Shown here: positions 1 to 8,500 of the stretch, one piece after another
How positions within the stretch are numbered: position 1 is the first letter of the stretch
Layout: the number at the start of each line of letters is the position of its first letter
IMG/VR virus record: IMGVR_UViG_3300050343_000142
DNA: 64,000 nt
From: an uncultured virus (IMG/VR IMGVR_UViG_3300050343_000142)
Lineage: Duplodnaviria > Heunggongvirae > Uroviricota > Caudoviricetes
Direction: 5' to 3' (one strand)
Notes under the pieces: generated by a model
What the model was told of the DNA's origin: nothing
The model's database searches: none
Seen by the model: the letters and a program-made list of their open reading frames with translations, nothing else
Translations under genes and position numbers: made by a program

Positions 1-1
1 A

Positions 2-124
2 GGCTCCACCCTCACAACAAGCAACTACCTTTTGACTAAATTGTGGACATTTGTCGTTATAACAGTAAAGTCCTGCGTGTCTCTCGAACAATGTCGAGTT
101 GCATATTGGACAAAGAGGGTTCAA
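2..124 (-). CDS. small Cys-rich zinc-ribbon-like protein, runs off the window edge
   Basis: Manual translation from a TTG overlapping the upstream TGA: MNPLCPICNSTLFERHAGLYCYNDKC...ACCEGGA. Confidence 0.55.
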   Translation of the reverse strand, partial: MNPLCPICNSTLFERHAGLYCYNDKCPQFSQKVVACCEGGA

Positions 125-393
125 TTTTTAAGTGTGCTAGCAGTAAGTATTGCACCGAATGATAAGTGAAACAATCCGCCACCTTGAAGAGTGAATGGTT
201 CGTGTTGTGATACAAGTTTCTTTAGATATTCCATTTGTACTAAAGGGTCTTCTATAAGAGTTAGATACTGCATATAGTCAGCTAAATCTAAATCCATTCT
301 TGCTATTCCGTAATATATAGGAACTAGCATAAAGTCGTACACACATATTACTAGATAAACTATTAACGCAGCAAAACGCCATTTATCTTTCAT
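121..393 (-). CDS. holin-like membrane protein (GTA 3TM holin-like)
   Basis: Hydrophobic N-terminal helix (YLVICVYDF) and C-terminal PFTLQGGGLFHLSFGAIL motif. Confidence 0.6.
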   Translation of the reverse strand: MKDKWRFAALIVYLVICVYDFMLVPIYYGIARMDLDLADYMQYLTLIEDPLVQMEYLKKLVSQHEPFTLQGGGLFHLSFGAILTASTLKN

Positions 394-503
394 TTCAATC
401 TACATCTTGGACAAATGTTATGTTCTCCCATTTGATAAAAGTAATCACTACAACCATCATATTCACAGTAAACCATATTGTCTGTCTGTTTGTTGTCAAT
501 CAC
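390..503 (-). CDS. 37-aa Cys-rich micro-protein
   Basis: GTG start directly after the upstream TAA; CEYDGC...CPRC; stop overlaps the next ATG (ATGA). Confidence 0.5.
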   Translation of the reverse strand: MIDNKQTDNMVYCEYDGCSDYFYQMGEHNICPRCRLK

Positions 504-581
504 TTAATTCCTTTGCGAACCAATATAAGCAGAAACATAAAGCAATGTAACTGCAAGCAACATAAAAATCCATTGACTCAT
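504..581 (-). CDS. 25-aa single-TM micro-protein
   Basis: MSQWIFMLLAVTLLYVSAYIGSQRN; ATGA coupling to the upstream ORF. Confidence 0.45.
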   Translation of the reverse strand: MSQWIFMLLAVTLLYVSAYIGSQRN

Positions 582-658
582 TCTTCTTCTTCCCACTTAA
601 CGTACTCATTATCATGAGTAGCTTTGTGGGTATGAAAGTTAGCGTGTGAATAAATCAT
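578..658 (-). CDS. 26-aa micro-protein
   Basis: MIYSHANFHTHKATHDNEYVKWEEEE; ATGA overlaps at both ends. Confidence 0.45.
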   Translation of the reverse strand: MIYSHANFHTHKATHDNEYVKWEEEE

Positions 659-768
659 ATCTTACAGGCATCTCCACAATCATCATCAAATTCACTTGAG
701 GTATCTACAAATACAGGTTCATCTGTAAACATATTGTCTGGAAGTACAAAGTCGTTATTAGTGCCCAT
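655..768 (-). CDS. 37-aa acidic peptide ending in DDDCGDACKI
   Basis: Manual translation; overlaps both neighbours in the same operon. Confidence 0.5.
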   Translation of the reverse strand: MGTNNDFVLPDNMFTDEPVFVDTSSEFDDDCGDACKI

Positions 769-1240
769 GGAGATTTGCTTCTAAGTATGCCAACCTAGTT
801 TTTAAATCGTTAAGTTCCCACATACTATTAGTAACGCCTTGAACCTGTGTTTCGGCTCTCGTTATTGAGTCATTAAGGTCTTGATACTCCCACTTTTCTA
901 GTAAGTAATATCTATCTAAATCAAACCCACCTTCTTTTACTGTTTGCTCTAAGTTATATAAGTTAGCTGATAAGGTAGCTATCTCTTCATTAAACTTGCC
1001 TACATTCTGTGCAGCTATTTCTAAGTCTTGTATTTTTTCATAAAGAACTGCAATATCATTTGAAACCATTGTGTCTTGTTTGAGTTCTTCAAACTCTATT
1101 TCTATTCCAACCATTCTTTCATCAATACCTTGAAGTGTATTTACTATTTGACCGACTGATTGTATTCCTGCACCAATTGAACCCATAAGAGCAATAGCTG
1201 TAGCAAATAAACCTATATTATCTTTAATCTTACTTAGCAT
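758..1240 (-). CDS. membrane-anchored coiled-coil protein
   Basis: N-terminal hydrophobic helix followed by heptad-rich sequence. Confidence 0.7.
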   Translation of the reverse strand: MLSKIKDNIGLFATAIALMGSIGAGIQSVGQIVNTLQGIDERMVGIEIEFEELKQDTMVSNDIAVLYEKIQDLEIAAQNVGKFNEEIATLSANLYNLEQTVKEGGFDLDRYYLLEKWEYQDLNDSITRAETQVQGVTNSMWELNDLKTRLAYLEANLHGH

Positions 1241-1463
1241 TTTTAGCCTTTAAACCTGCGTTGATGACGAGTAATTGTATTTTTTCATCATGCTCTAAAT
1301 CTAATTCGTGTTGTAAACTATCTAAAGCTTCTTCTAGTTCTTGAATTTTTAAAGTTTTTTTACTTAACTTAATCTTTGCACTTAACTGTACTAATAGATT
1401 TATTAAGACCATAAAAGCTGCACCAATTGCAAATATCATTCCTTCGTATTCTAAGCTATACAT
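1230..1463 (-). CDS. small membrane protein with coiled coil
   Basis: TM segment MIFAIGAAFMVLINLLV; fits the operon packing. Confidence 0.65.
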   Translation of the reverse strand: MYSLEYEGMIFAIGAAFMVLINLLVQLSAKIKLSKKTLKIQELEEALDSLQHELDLEHDEKIQLLVINAGLKAKNAK

Positions 1464-1464
1464 T

Positions 1465-1662
1465 TTACATCAAAGCTTGAACGACAACTGATAAGGACGC
1501 TACGGCAACAACCCAACCGCTTAACTCTGTTCTTGAAATTTTTGTATTTACTTTTTCGTGTAAACTATCTATTCTATCGTTTATTTTCTCTTGACCATCT
1601 AAAATCATTACTAACATTTCCTTCTGTGTGAATCCATTACTGTTTGGGGGAAGACTATTCAT
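1465..1662 (-). CDS. small coiled-coil protein with C-terminal TM
   Basis: C-terminal WVVAVASLSVVVQALM. Confidence 0.65.
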   Translation of the reverse strand: MNSLPPNSNGFTQKEMLVMILDGQEKINDRIDSLHEKVNTKISRTELSGWVVAVASLSVVVQALM

Positions 1663-1751
1663 TAGTTTTTACCACTACAGTATTCACTACCGTACTTAGA
1701 GTTACAAATCTGTACGAAGGAATCATCATTTTTTTTATCTATAAAACACAT
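1662..1751 (-). CDS. 29-aa Cys-containing micro-protein
   Basis: MCFIDKKNDDSFVQICNSKYGSEYCSGKN exactly fills the gap, with a TAATG overlap. Confidence 0.5.
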   Translation of the reverse strand: MCFIDKKNDDSFVQICNSKYGSEYCSGKN

Positions 1752-2012
1752 TTACTTTTTTGTCCTATCTATCTTTGAAAAGGCTTGATTGATTTCATCA
1801 AGTGTTAGAACACCGTCATCAAGAAAAGCTCTTGCTAGGTCTTCTGCAACCTTAACTACACCTAGTGTACCAGCCAAGATTATGGCATCGAGTATTTCTA
1901 TACCAATGATGCTACCAGCACCTACAACTGCTAATCCATTAGCTGCAAAAGTTGCAACCATACGCCAAAAGATAGTTTTTAATTTTTGCCAACTTGATAG
2001 TTTCTTAGTCAC
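1752..2012 (-). CDS. holin-like membrane protein
   Basis: Two hydrophobic segments and a charged C-terminus. Confidence 0.6.
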   Translation of the reverse strand: MTKKLSSWQKLKTIFWRMVATFAANGLAVVGAGSIIGIEILDAIILAGTLGVVKVAEDLARAFLDDGVLTLDEINQAFSKIDRTKK

Positions 2013-2015
2013 GTG

Positions 2016-2279
2016 TTAGTCCCTTGTGTATATGGTCAATAACCAAATAACAATAGAAACTATTATTGCAATACCTACAATGTCCTGTGCAGAACCTGTG
2101 AGTGTAAACCAAGCTATGAAAAAACCTAGTATGGTAAAAATTTGTGCAATAGATTCTTTGATAGCATCTATTACCCATTTACCTACAAACTTTAGATTTT
2201 TTACTTGTACGACATATTTTATTAATTCAAAAGGAATGCCTAGTACCTTGTATAATAATTTAATTGTTTTTTTAATCAC
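2016..2279 (-). CDS. 2-TM membrane protein
   Basis: FTILGFFIAWFTL and IVGIAIIVSIVIWLL segments. Confidence 0.7.
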   Translation of the reverse strand: MIKKTIKLLYKVLGIPFELIKYVVQVKNLKFVGKWVIDAIKESIAQIFTILGFFIAWFTLTGSAQDIVGIAIIVSIVIWLLTIYTRD

Positions 2280-5159
2280 TTAAAATCTCCTAGTCATTAG
2301 TGCACCAGCTTGAGCTATTATCTGAGAAGCAATGATTACAGGAACCACAACTTCTTTAGATTTTTGACGCTGGTCGCTTGTCATGTCGGCTCCTAGTGAC
2401 CCCAAGTCCATCTCTGTTATATTAACATCAATTAACGCAGCAACTGGGTTTTCAAGAAACACCTCTACTTGTACCTCAGTAACAACGTCTGCAAGTGTAA
2501 AGTTTTCTACATCTGCATTTTCTATAGCTCTTTCTACATATTCCTCAACAGCAGTAGCTATATTCTCTTCTTTAGAAGCAGCTTCTGCAATAAGTTCGAC
2601 GTCATCAGCAGCTGTTTCTTCTGAGAAACCTAGTAGCTCTCCAACTACTTCTTTTTCTTCTTCGTTTAACTCAGCAACTGTTTCAACTTTTGTAACCTCT
2701 TGAACTACAGCTTTTACTACAGCTTTGGTTTGAGTGTCTGCAGTAGCTAGGTTTTGGACATCAGCAGTAGCTACTTGTTCTACAACTTGTACAAGTTCTT
2801 CTGTTTCTAATTCAGCAACGACTTCTGCTACGGCTTCTTCAACAGCTTCGACATATGCCTCTGCTTCTTCTTCAGATAATTCCTCAAGTTCTTCTTCTTC
2901 TATGATTTCTATATCTTGAGATTCAAAAACTTCTTCTAATTGTTCAGTATCTACAACTTCTGTAATAGCTTCTTGGACTTCTTCAACAAGAATTTCTACT
3001 TCTTCTTCTGTGAGTTGTACCTCTTCGTCTCCCTTATCACTAGGAAGTGGCTCAACCTCAAGTATCTCGTCAATTTCTTCATCTGCAAAATCTTCGATGA
3101 TAGGTATAGTTGTAGTTGTGGTGCTCGTAGTAGTAGGAGCAACAATAATAACTTCTTTAAACTCAAAAACTTCTTCTTCAACTTCTATAACCTCTAATGT
3201 TTCTTGTAACTCTTGTATTGTATCAACTAATACTTTTAAATCTTTTTTTTCATCGTCAGATAAATTATCAGTATCTACATCTTTAAGTATAGACTCTTCT
3301 AACTCCTTTTGTATTTTAGCCTCAGCTTCAGCCTCGATACGAGCTAACTCTTCCTGCTCAGCCTTGATTCTAGCTTCTTCCTCTAAACGAAGACGCTCCT
3401 CTTCAGCTAAACGCTCTTCTTCTGCAATACGCTCTGCTTCAATACGAGCCTCTTCTTCAGCTTTTTCTTGAGCTATGCGAGCCTCCTCAGCCTTACGAGC
3501 TTCTTCTGCCTTACGAGCTTCCTCAGCTTTCTCTGCGGCAATACGATTTTCCTCAGCTATACGAGCTTGTTCAGCTTCATAAGCTGCTTGGGCTGCTGCG
3601 TCTGCATCGTCTTTAGCTTTTTGGTTAAATACAGTTAATGTCGGTTCGGTAGAAAAACCACTATAAGCATTATCATCAGAGCTATAACCTCTGACTGAAA
3701 ACTCGTAAGTTCCATTAGGAATGCTTGCATAAGGAATAGTATATTCTGTTTCTGTAATGTTATAAACAATTGTTTCATTTTCTGCATCTGTCCTAAAGTA
3801 CAATTCATAAGTTTCAGCAGTTAGAGTTCCTGTATTAGCTTCATCCCAATCTACATTTACACCGACATTGTATTCTTGCGTTACTGCTGTATTCATTGGA
3901 GGTCCCAAGAACGCAGGAATAGTTGTTGTAGTTGTAGGAGTAGTAGCATTAACTGTTATTTGAACAGGACTAGTTCCTTGATTCCCATGACACCAGCTAC
4001 CATTTTGTGTGCAAGCATAAAAACTAAACCAATAAGTTCCTGCTGTTATAGATTCAAGATTATAAGTTGTAAGACTTGCATCTGTTATATTTTGACTGTA
4101 AACATCATCGTCATCATAATTCCAAGTGTTATCTCCATCACTATATTCTATTTTATAACTTGTAGGACTTGACCAACCTGTTCCTGGATTTGTCCAAGTA
4201 AATTTTAATCCTTGATACTCAGTATTTTCTATAGTTAAATTAGTAACCCCTGCTGCTACATCTTGTATTACATAACTAGCTACAGAAGTCCAATTTGAGT
4301 ATTGAGAGTTGGTATCATTGTCTGCTCTTACTTTAAAGTAAATAGTATCGCCTACATCAAACTCTGAATTTAAATATGTTTTAGTAAATGTATATTCTGT
4401 ATTAAGAGCATTAGCACCACCTACATTACCTGTTGCTACTGCGTAGTTCATACTTTGGAAGTTGTCGTTGCTAAAAGCTACTGCGTATCTTTCTGCATTA
4501 TATTGGTATCCTGTAGCTGCATCCCAATCAATACTTATACTACCACTATGTAAGTTTGCAGAAACAGTTAGATTAGTTGGGTCTCCTATTCCACTAGCTA
4601 ATGTTGTAGTAGTCGTAGTAGCAAAGCTACCAGTAGAAGTTGAGTCATCATATTGCCAATATAAAGTATCTAGTAAAGATAAATCAGATAATATAACTTC
4701 AAACTTTGTAATAAATTTATCTGTGTTTTCTGCTACAGCATTGTAATCAGTGTATGACTTGTAGATAGTTTCATACATATTATCTAAGTTTTGGTTGTTT
4801 TGTGCATTTTTACTTACAGTTTCATCTGTTCCATCAGCGTAATACCACTTAATAGACCAAGCATAATTTACTGCACCTACAACAAAACCTACTTCATATA
4901 CATCAATGTCACTAGAAAATTCAAAAGTATAAGTGCCACTTGTAATTCCTAATGAATTACCTGTCGTTCCATACCTACCGTTTTCGTTTGTATAAATAAA
5001 TGCAGCTTGACTACCACCACTAATAGTTAAACCTGCTTGATAAGTGCTATCAGTAAAGTCTTCATTGACTGTTACTTCTGCACCCATAGCAATAGGCATA
5101 GGATATATTAGCAGTAATACTACAGATAATCTAAGGAATGTATTTAACTTGTTTAACAA
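2280..5159 (-). CDS. large secreted/surface protein with FN3-like domains, EA-rich coiled coil, acidic stalk and C-terminal hydrophobic anchor
   Basis: Signal-peptide-like N-terminus; three FN3-like repeats (PTNLTV..IDW..Y..VRA); poly-Thr linkers; C-terminal EVVVPVIIASQII. Confidence 0.75.
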   Translation of the reverse strand: MLNKLNTFLRLSVVLLLIYPMPIAMGAEVTVNEDFTDSTYQAGLTISGGSQAAFIYTNENGRYGTTGNSLGITSGTYTFEFSSDIDVYEVGFVVGAVNYAWSIKWYYADGTDETVSKNAQNNQNLDNMYETIYKSYTDYNAVAENTDKFITKFEVILSDLSLLDTLYWQYDDSTSTGSFATTTTTTLASGIGDPTNLTVSANLHSGSISIDWDAATGYQYNAERYAVAFSNDNFQSMNYAVATGNVGGANALNTEYTFTKTYLNSEFDVGDTIYFKVRADNDTNSQYSNWTSVASYVIQDVAAGVTNLTIENTEYQGLKFTWTNPGTGWSSPTSYKIEYSDGDNTWNYDDDDVYSQNITDASLTTYNLESITAGTYWFSFYACTQNGSWCHGNQGTSPVQITVNATTPTTTTTIPAFLGPPMNTAVTQEYNVGVNVDWDEANTGTLTAETYELYFRTDAENETIVYNITETEYTIPYASIPNGTYEFSVRGYSSDDNAYSGFSTEPTLTVFNQKAKDDADAAAQAAYEAEQARIAEENRIAAEKAEEARKAEEARKAEEARIAQEKAEEEARIEAERIAEEERLAEEERLRLEEEARIKAEQEELARIEAEAEAKIQKELEESILKDVDTDNLSDDEKKDLKVLVDTIQELQETLEVIEVEEEVFEFKEVIIVAPTTTSTTTTTIPIIEDFADEEIDEILEVEPLPSDKGDEEVQLTEEEVEILVEEVQEAITEVVDTEQLEEVFESQDIEIIEEEELEELSEEEAEAYVEAVEEAVAEVVAELETEELVQVVEQVATADVQNLATADTQTKAVVKAVVQEVTKVETVAELNEEEKEVVGELLGFSEETAADDVELIAEAASKEENIATAVEEYVERAIENADVENFTLADVVTEVQVEVFLENPVAALIDVNITEMDLGSLGADMTSDQRQKSKEVVVPVIIASQIIAQAGALMTRRF

Positions 5160-5171
5160 TTGTGCTCCCTG

Positions 5172-5540
5172 TTAGCGAGCACCTCCATCATATTCGGTAA
5201 CTAAACCTTCTGCTAACATCATTTTGTTGATTGATTGTTTGCGACTTCCACTAACGATAAATAATTCACCGATTACACGACCATACTTCCCATACTCATA
5301 TGATTTAAGAATAATATTTTTTGATGAACCCACTGCTTCTGGGTCTATTTTATTTATAAGCCATTCTTTGGCTATAAGTCCTCGTTTTTTTTCTTCCTTA
5401 TCTCGTGTACGAGTTTCTGGAGCATTGACTCCAGCGAATCTGATACGCTTGTGAATTTGGAGATTATAACCCAAATCAATCCAGCAGTCAATAGTATCCC
5501 CATCGACAACTCTGTCAACTCGAATATTATACTCATACAT
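5172..5540 (-). CDS. thermonuclease (SNase-like)
   Basis: RVVDGDTID, RIRFAGVNAPE and GKYGRVIG motifs. Confidence 0.9.
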   Translation of the reverse strand: MYEYNIRVDRVVDGDTIDCWIDLGYNLQIHKRIRFAGVNAPETRTRDKEEKKRGLIAKEWLINKIDPEAVGSSKNIILKSYEYGKYGRVIGELFIVSGSRKQSINKMMLAEGLVTEYDGGAR

Positions 5541-5679
5541 TTTTTAAATCACCATTCTTATCAACTTCTTCGTTGAAATGTGTACAACTTCTATTATCGC
5601 ACACCATTGGTGATTTATTGGTCTTTATTGAATTTGCACAATAGTTGCAAAAAATGAAATTAATATTGTCATATCTCAA
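5533..5679 (-). CDS. 48-aa zinc-ribbon-like micro-protein
   Basis: AAGGAAG RBS, TTG start, CNYC...CDNRSC. Confidence 0.5.
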   Translation of the reverse strand: MRYDNINFIFCNYCANSIKTNKSPMVCDNRSCTHFNEEVDKNGDLKNV

Positions 5680-5712
5680 ATAGACTTCCTTGTAGCGGAT
5701 TTTTAAGAATGG

Positions 5713-5780
5713 TCCTAGGGGGTATATACCCCCCAGAGCCTATGCACCTGTCGTATCTCTACGACTTCCCTGTTGGGAAC
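5713..5780 (-). promoter_or_regulatory. structured intergenic element (three hairpins) downstream of the holin
   Basis: TTCCC-AACA-GGGAA, GTCGTA-GAGA-TACGAC and the palindrome GGGGGTATATACCCCC (5718-5733). Confidence 0.45.
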
Positions 5781-5781
5781 C

Positions 5782-6000
5782 TTAACCTTTCGGAATCTTT
5801 GACATAAATGGAAAGGGTGCGTCTTCTAACGCATTTTGAACTACGCTGACTAAAGCTGCAGCTCCAGCTACTAGACCTGCTAAAAGCACGTCTGCTTCAA
5901 ACATTCCTGCTTGATTTGCAACTAGAACAGCAACAAATGCTTGTGCACCTGTTCTGAACGCTCTAATCATTGATGTTCTTATATAATCTGGCATATTCAA
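5782..6000 (-). CDS. holin (actinophage r1t-like)
   Basis: RAFRTGAQAFVAVL motif, two TMs, directly after the candidate lysin. Confidence 0.75.
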   Translation of the reverse strand: MNMPDYIRTSMIRAFRTGAQAFVAVLVANQAGMFEADVLLAGLVAGAAALVSVVQNALEDAPFPFMSKIPKG

Positions 6001-6004
6001 CTCC

Positions 6005-6556
6005 TTACAGTATTCTTCTGCCTTGTTTTTCTGCTTCGAGAATTTTTACTTGTCCTCGTAAGTCAGAAACTTGTAATAATAATTCATCTATATTCAACAT
6101 GTCTTCAACGTTGGAATATTTTATAGTGACTTTTTCACCAGCTAAAATAGCATCAGCAACTTTAGGGTACATTTTTTTGTATGCAACACCACTGTTCCCG
6201 ACAAATCCATCTTTGCCTTTATCTAAATCTGTTTGAGTTTCACCAATTATGTAACATCCACTGGTGTGCTGGTCGGTGTTCCCCGTATGGATTAATATCC
6301 ACTGGAATCCAGGAACATCTTGTAACCAAAGCATACCTTTATGAAAGGCACCATATTTTGCTACATACTTTGAATGAAAGCCACCTTCTGTTCTTAGCTT
6401 GATTTCGTATTCACCTTCGGGAATACAGGTCTCATGCATAACCTTTACATCTCTATATTCATCTTCGAGACCGTAGCATTCAAATTCTCCATCAATAAAT
6501 AGAAGGGAATTTGTTGCATCTGCACCGAATTGAAATCGAATTACATCTAACTTCAT
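6005..6556 (-). CDS. DUF5675-like protein, candidate endolysin (L,D-transpeptidase-like His/Cys motif)
   Basis: CIPEGEY, DVPGF.WILIHTGN...TSGC; next to the holin. Confidence 0.75.
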   Translation of the reverse strand: MKLDVIRFQFGADATNSLLFIDGEFECYGLEDEYRDVKVMHETCIPEGEYEIKLRTEGGFHSKYVAKYGAFHKGMLWLQDVPGFQWILIHTGNTDQHTSGCYIIGETQTDLDKGKDGFVGNSGVAYKKMYPKVADAILAGEKVTIKYSNVEDMLNIDELLLQVSDLRGQVKILEAEKQGRRIL

Positions 6557-6561
6557 AATAC

Positions 6562-7776
6562 CTATAATACCTCAAGATTCTGAAAAGGTATTCTTTCTTC
6601 GGTCTCAGAAACGCTGAAAGTAAGGGTTCCAGAGAAACTTTTTTTACCAGAAAGGTTTTCAAACCACTCAGAACCACCATCCATTGATAAACATTGCATA
6701 AGAACTCTCTTACCTTCATTAATAACAAACAAATGATGGAAGTGACCAGATATTAAAATATCAACATCTCCCATGTCTGTCATACCAAATGCTTGATTGC
6801 TTAACCAATTTATAGCTTTTTGATGTGAATACTTACCACCAGTTCTAAACTGATGACCATGTGCAAGACCGATAATCTTACCAGAAACATTTAAAGTTAA
6901 CCATAAATCGTTATCTGGGATTATGAAGTTTACATGGTCATAAGCTTTGTTCTCTGAAAACATTTCTTGTAGGTTATCAAATAACGTAACATCAAAGTTG
7001 TCTCCAAATGTAGTGTAAGCTTTACCATTTTTTCTATTTTCACCATGATTACCTGGAACACATGCAACAACTACATTGTCAAAATCTTTAGACCATCTTT
7101 TTATAGCTTTAGCTAACAGTCTTCTTGTAATCATAAGTTGTCTTCTTAAATCATATTCGACAGTAGCAGTTTGCATTGCATAGAAACCATCACAGTTTTC
7201 TATCATGTCACCAAGCGAATAAATATAAAGAGTACCTAATTCAACACCTTGTTTTCTAAGTGTCTTATATCTCTCCTCTACACTAGGTATCATTGTTTCA
7301 ACTCTTTCAACTATACCTGCTGTACCATCTCCATCTCTCTTTCCCATTTGCCAGTCAGATAAGCAAACAACAAAACTAGATGGTCCTGATGTTTTAGCTG
7401 CTGATTTAGGTTTGGAGGTTTTTATTTCTTTAAGAAGTGCTTTGTAATCAAAGTCTTTTTCGTTTTCAAGGTTTTTAGATATTATCTTTGCTTTGTAGTA
7501 ATAGAACTGTTGAGTTTCGCCACCACCCATATTTGCAGTCCATGTTCTGATTTCAAATGGCTCTATTATCTCAAAGTCATTTGGATTAAAACCTAACTCA
7601 GTTAGATAAGCATCCCATCTATGGTCTTCAGGTTTTTCTGCTTTAGCCATAGGCTTAGAAATTATTTCTTTTTTAGCAGTATTTAAACCTGGTTCCCAAC
7701 CTTTTGGATGTTCCTGCCTCTGTCTTTTCGCATTTTCTATATTACGAAAATTGGAAGCGTATTCATCTAAACTCAT
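6562..7776 (-). CDS. calcineurin-like metallophosphoesterase
   Basis: SDWQ, GDMIE, GNHGE, HGH and GHFH motifs. Confidence 0.88.
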   Translation of the reverse strand: MSLDEYASNFRNIENAKRQRQEHPKGWEPGLNTAKKEIISKPMAKAEKPEDHRWDAYLTELGFNPNDFEIIEPFEIRTWTANMGGGETQQFYYYKAKIISKNLENEKDFDYKALLKEIKTSKPKSAAKTSGPSSFVVCLSDWQMGKRDGDGTAGIVERVETMIPSVEERYKTLRKQGVELGTLYIYSLGDMIENCDGFYAMQTATVEYDLRRQLMITRRLLAKAIKRWSKDFDNVVVACVPGNHGENRKNGKAYTTFGDNFDVTLFDNLQEMFSENKAYDHVNFIIPDNDLWLTLNVSGKIIGLAHGHQFRTGGKYSHQKAINWLSNQAFGMTDMGDVDILISGHFHHLFVINEGKRVLMQCLSMDGGSEWFENLSGKKSFSGTLTFSVSETEERIPFQNLEVL

Positions 7777-7994
7777 CGCTTAGCGTCTGAGATTAGTTGG
7801 TTACGTACTGTAGATTCTGTTAAAGGACAATTCTTTTTGTCCACTAACCAACGATAAACTACTGATGCAGATAATCCACTCTTATATCCATCTATGGCTT
7901 CTTGCCAAGCATTTCTGTTATCGTTATTTAAGTCTTTCCAAGCTGTGTAGCCTGTTTTGACTGAGTCTTCTTTAGCGTACTCTGCTAACGTCAC
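7773..7994 (-). CDS. hypothetical, possible HTH protein
   Basis: Coupled to the phosphoesterase; helical pattern. Confidence 0.6.
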   Translation of the reverse strand: MTLAEYAKEDSVKTGYTAWKDLNNDNRNAWQEAIDGYKSGLSASVVYRWLVDKKNCPLTESTVRNQLISDAKR

Positions 7995-8009
7995 GTTTGC
8001 CTCCCTGTG

Positions 8010-8240
8010 TTATTCTTCCTCTTGATTTCCATCATCAGCTGGTTTTGGAGCCAGTGATTGTACCATTGCTTTTAATTGAGAGTTTTCAACTTCAATCTTT
8101 GCAATCTTTGCACCTAGGTCTTTGACCATGGCGTTCATTTGATTATTCTGTGCTTGTAAGCTATTAGCTATTTGTACTAACTGTTCAGTACTTAATTGCA
8201 CTTTTTCTGCGTCTTGTGATTCTTGCATTATCACCTCCAT
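8010..8240 (-). CDS. coiled-coil hypothetical protein
   Basis: Heptad pattern; GGAGG RBS precedes the second Met. Confidence 0.65.
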   Translation of the reverse strand: MEVIMQESQDAEKVQLSTEQLVQIANSLQAQNNQMNAMVKDLGAKIAKIEVENSQLKAMVQSLAPKPADDGNQEEE

Positions 8241-8286
8241 TAGTATTTTACATTAGTTCAGTAAAAATGGAAGTATTTAAGTCTGT

Positions 8287-8484
8287 TTATTCAGGGAACT
8301 TTTTAGCTATTTTAAGATATAAATTTACTAAGTCATCTGCGTCTTGAACTAGATTGATTCCATTTATACGCATATAATTAAACTGTTTAAGAACTATTTC
8401 ACGTATATCATCATGGTCAATTAATTCATCAATAACTTGTTCCCTTTTAGTACCTTCTGCAAAGTTATTTAATTTTTCATCCAT
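8287..8484 (-). CDS. hypothetical protein
   Basis: ORF track; plausible composition. Confidence 0.6.
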   Translation of the reverse strand: MDEKLNNFAEGTKREQVIDELIDHDDIREIVLKQFNYMRINGINLVQDADDLVNLYLKIAKKFPE

Positions 8485-8500
8485 ATTACAATGCTAGTAT

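Noticed and set aside
83..98. CTCGAACAATGTCGAG as a second SOS box
   Set aside because: Spacing and right half-site do not fit GAAC-N4-GTTC, and it lies inside an ORF.
2383..4746. Plus-strand Ser-rich ORFs (also those within 19040-26515, 37986-42635 and 50756-55814)
   Set aside because: Antisense shadows of Glu/Ala/Thr-rich minus-strand genes.
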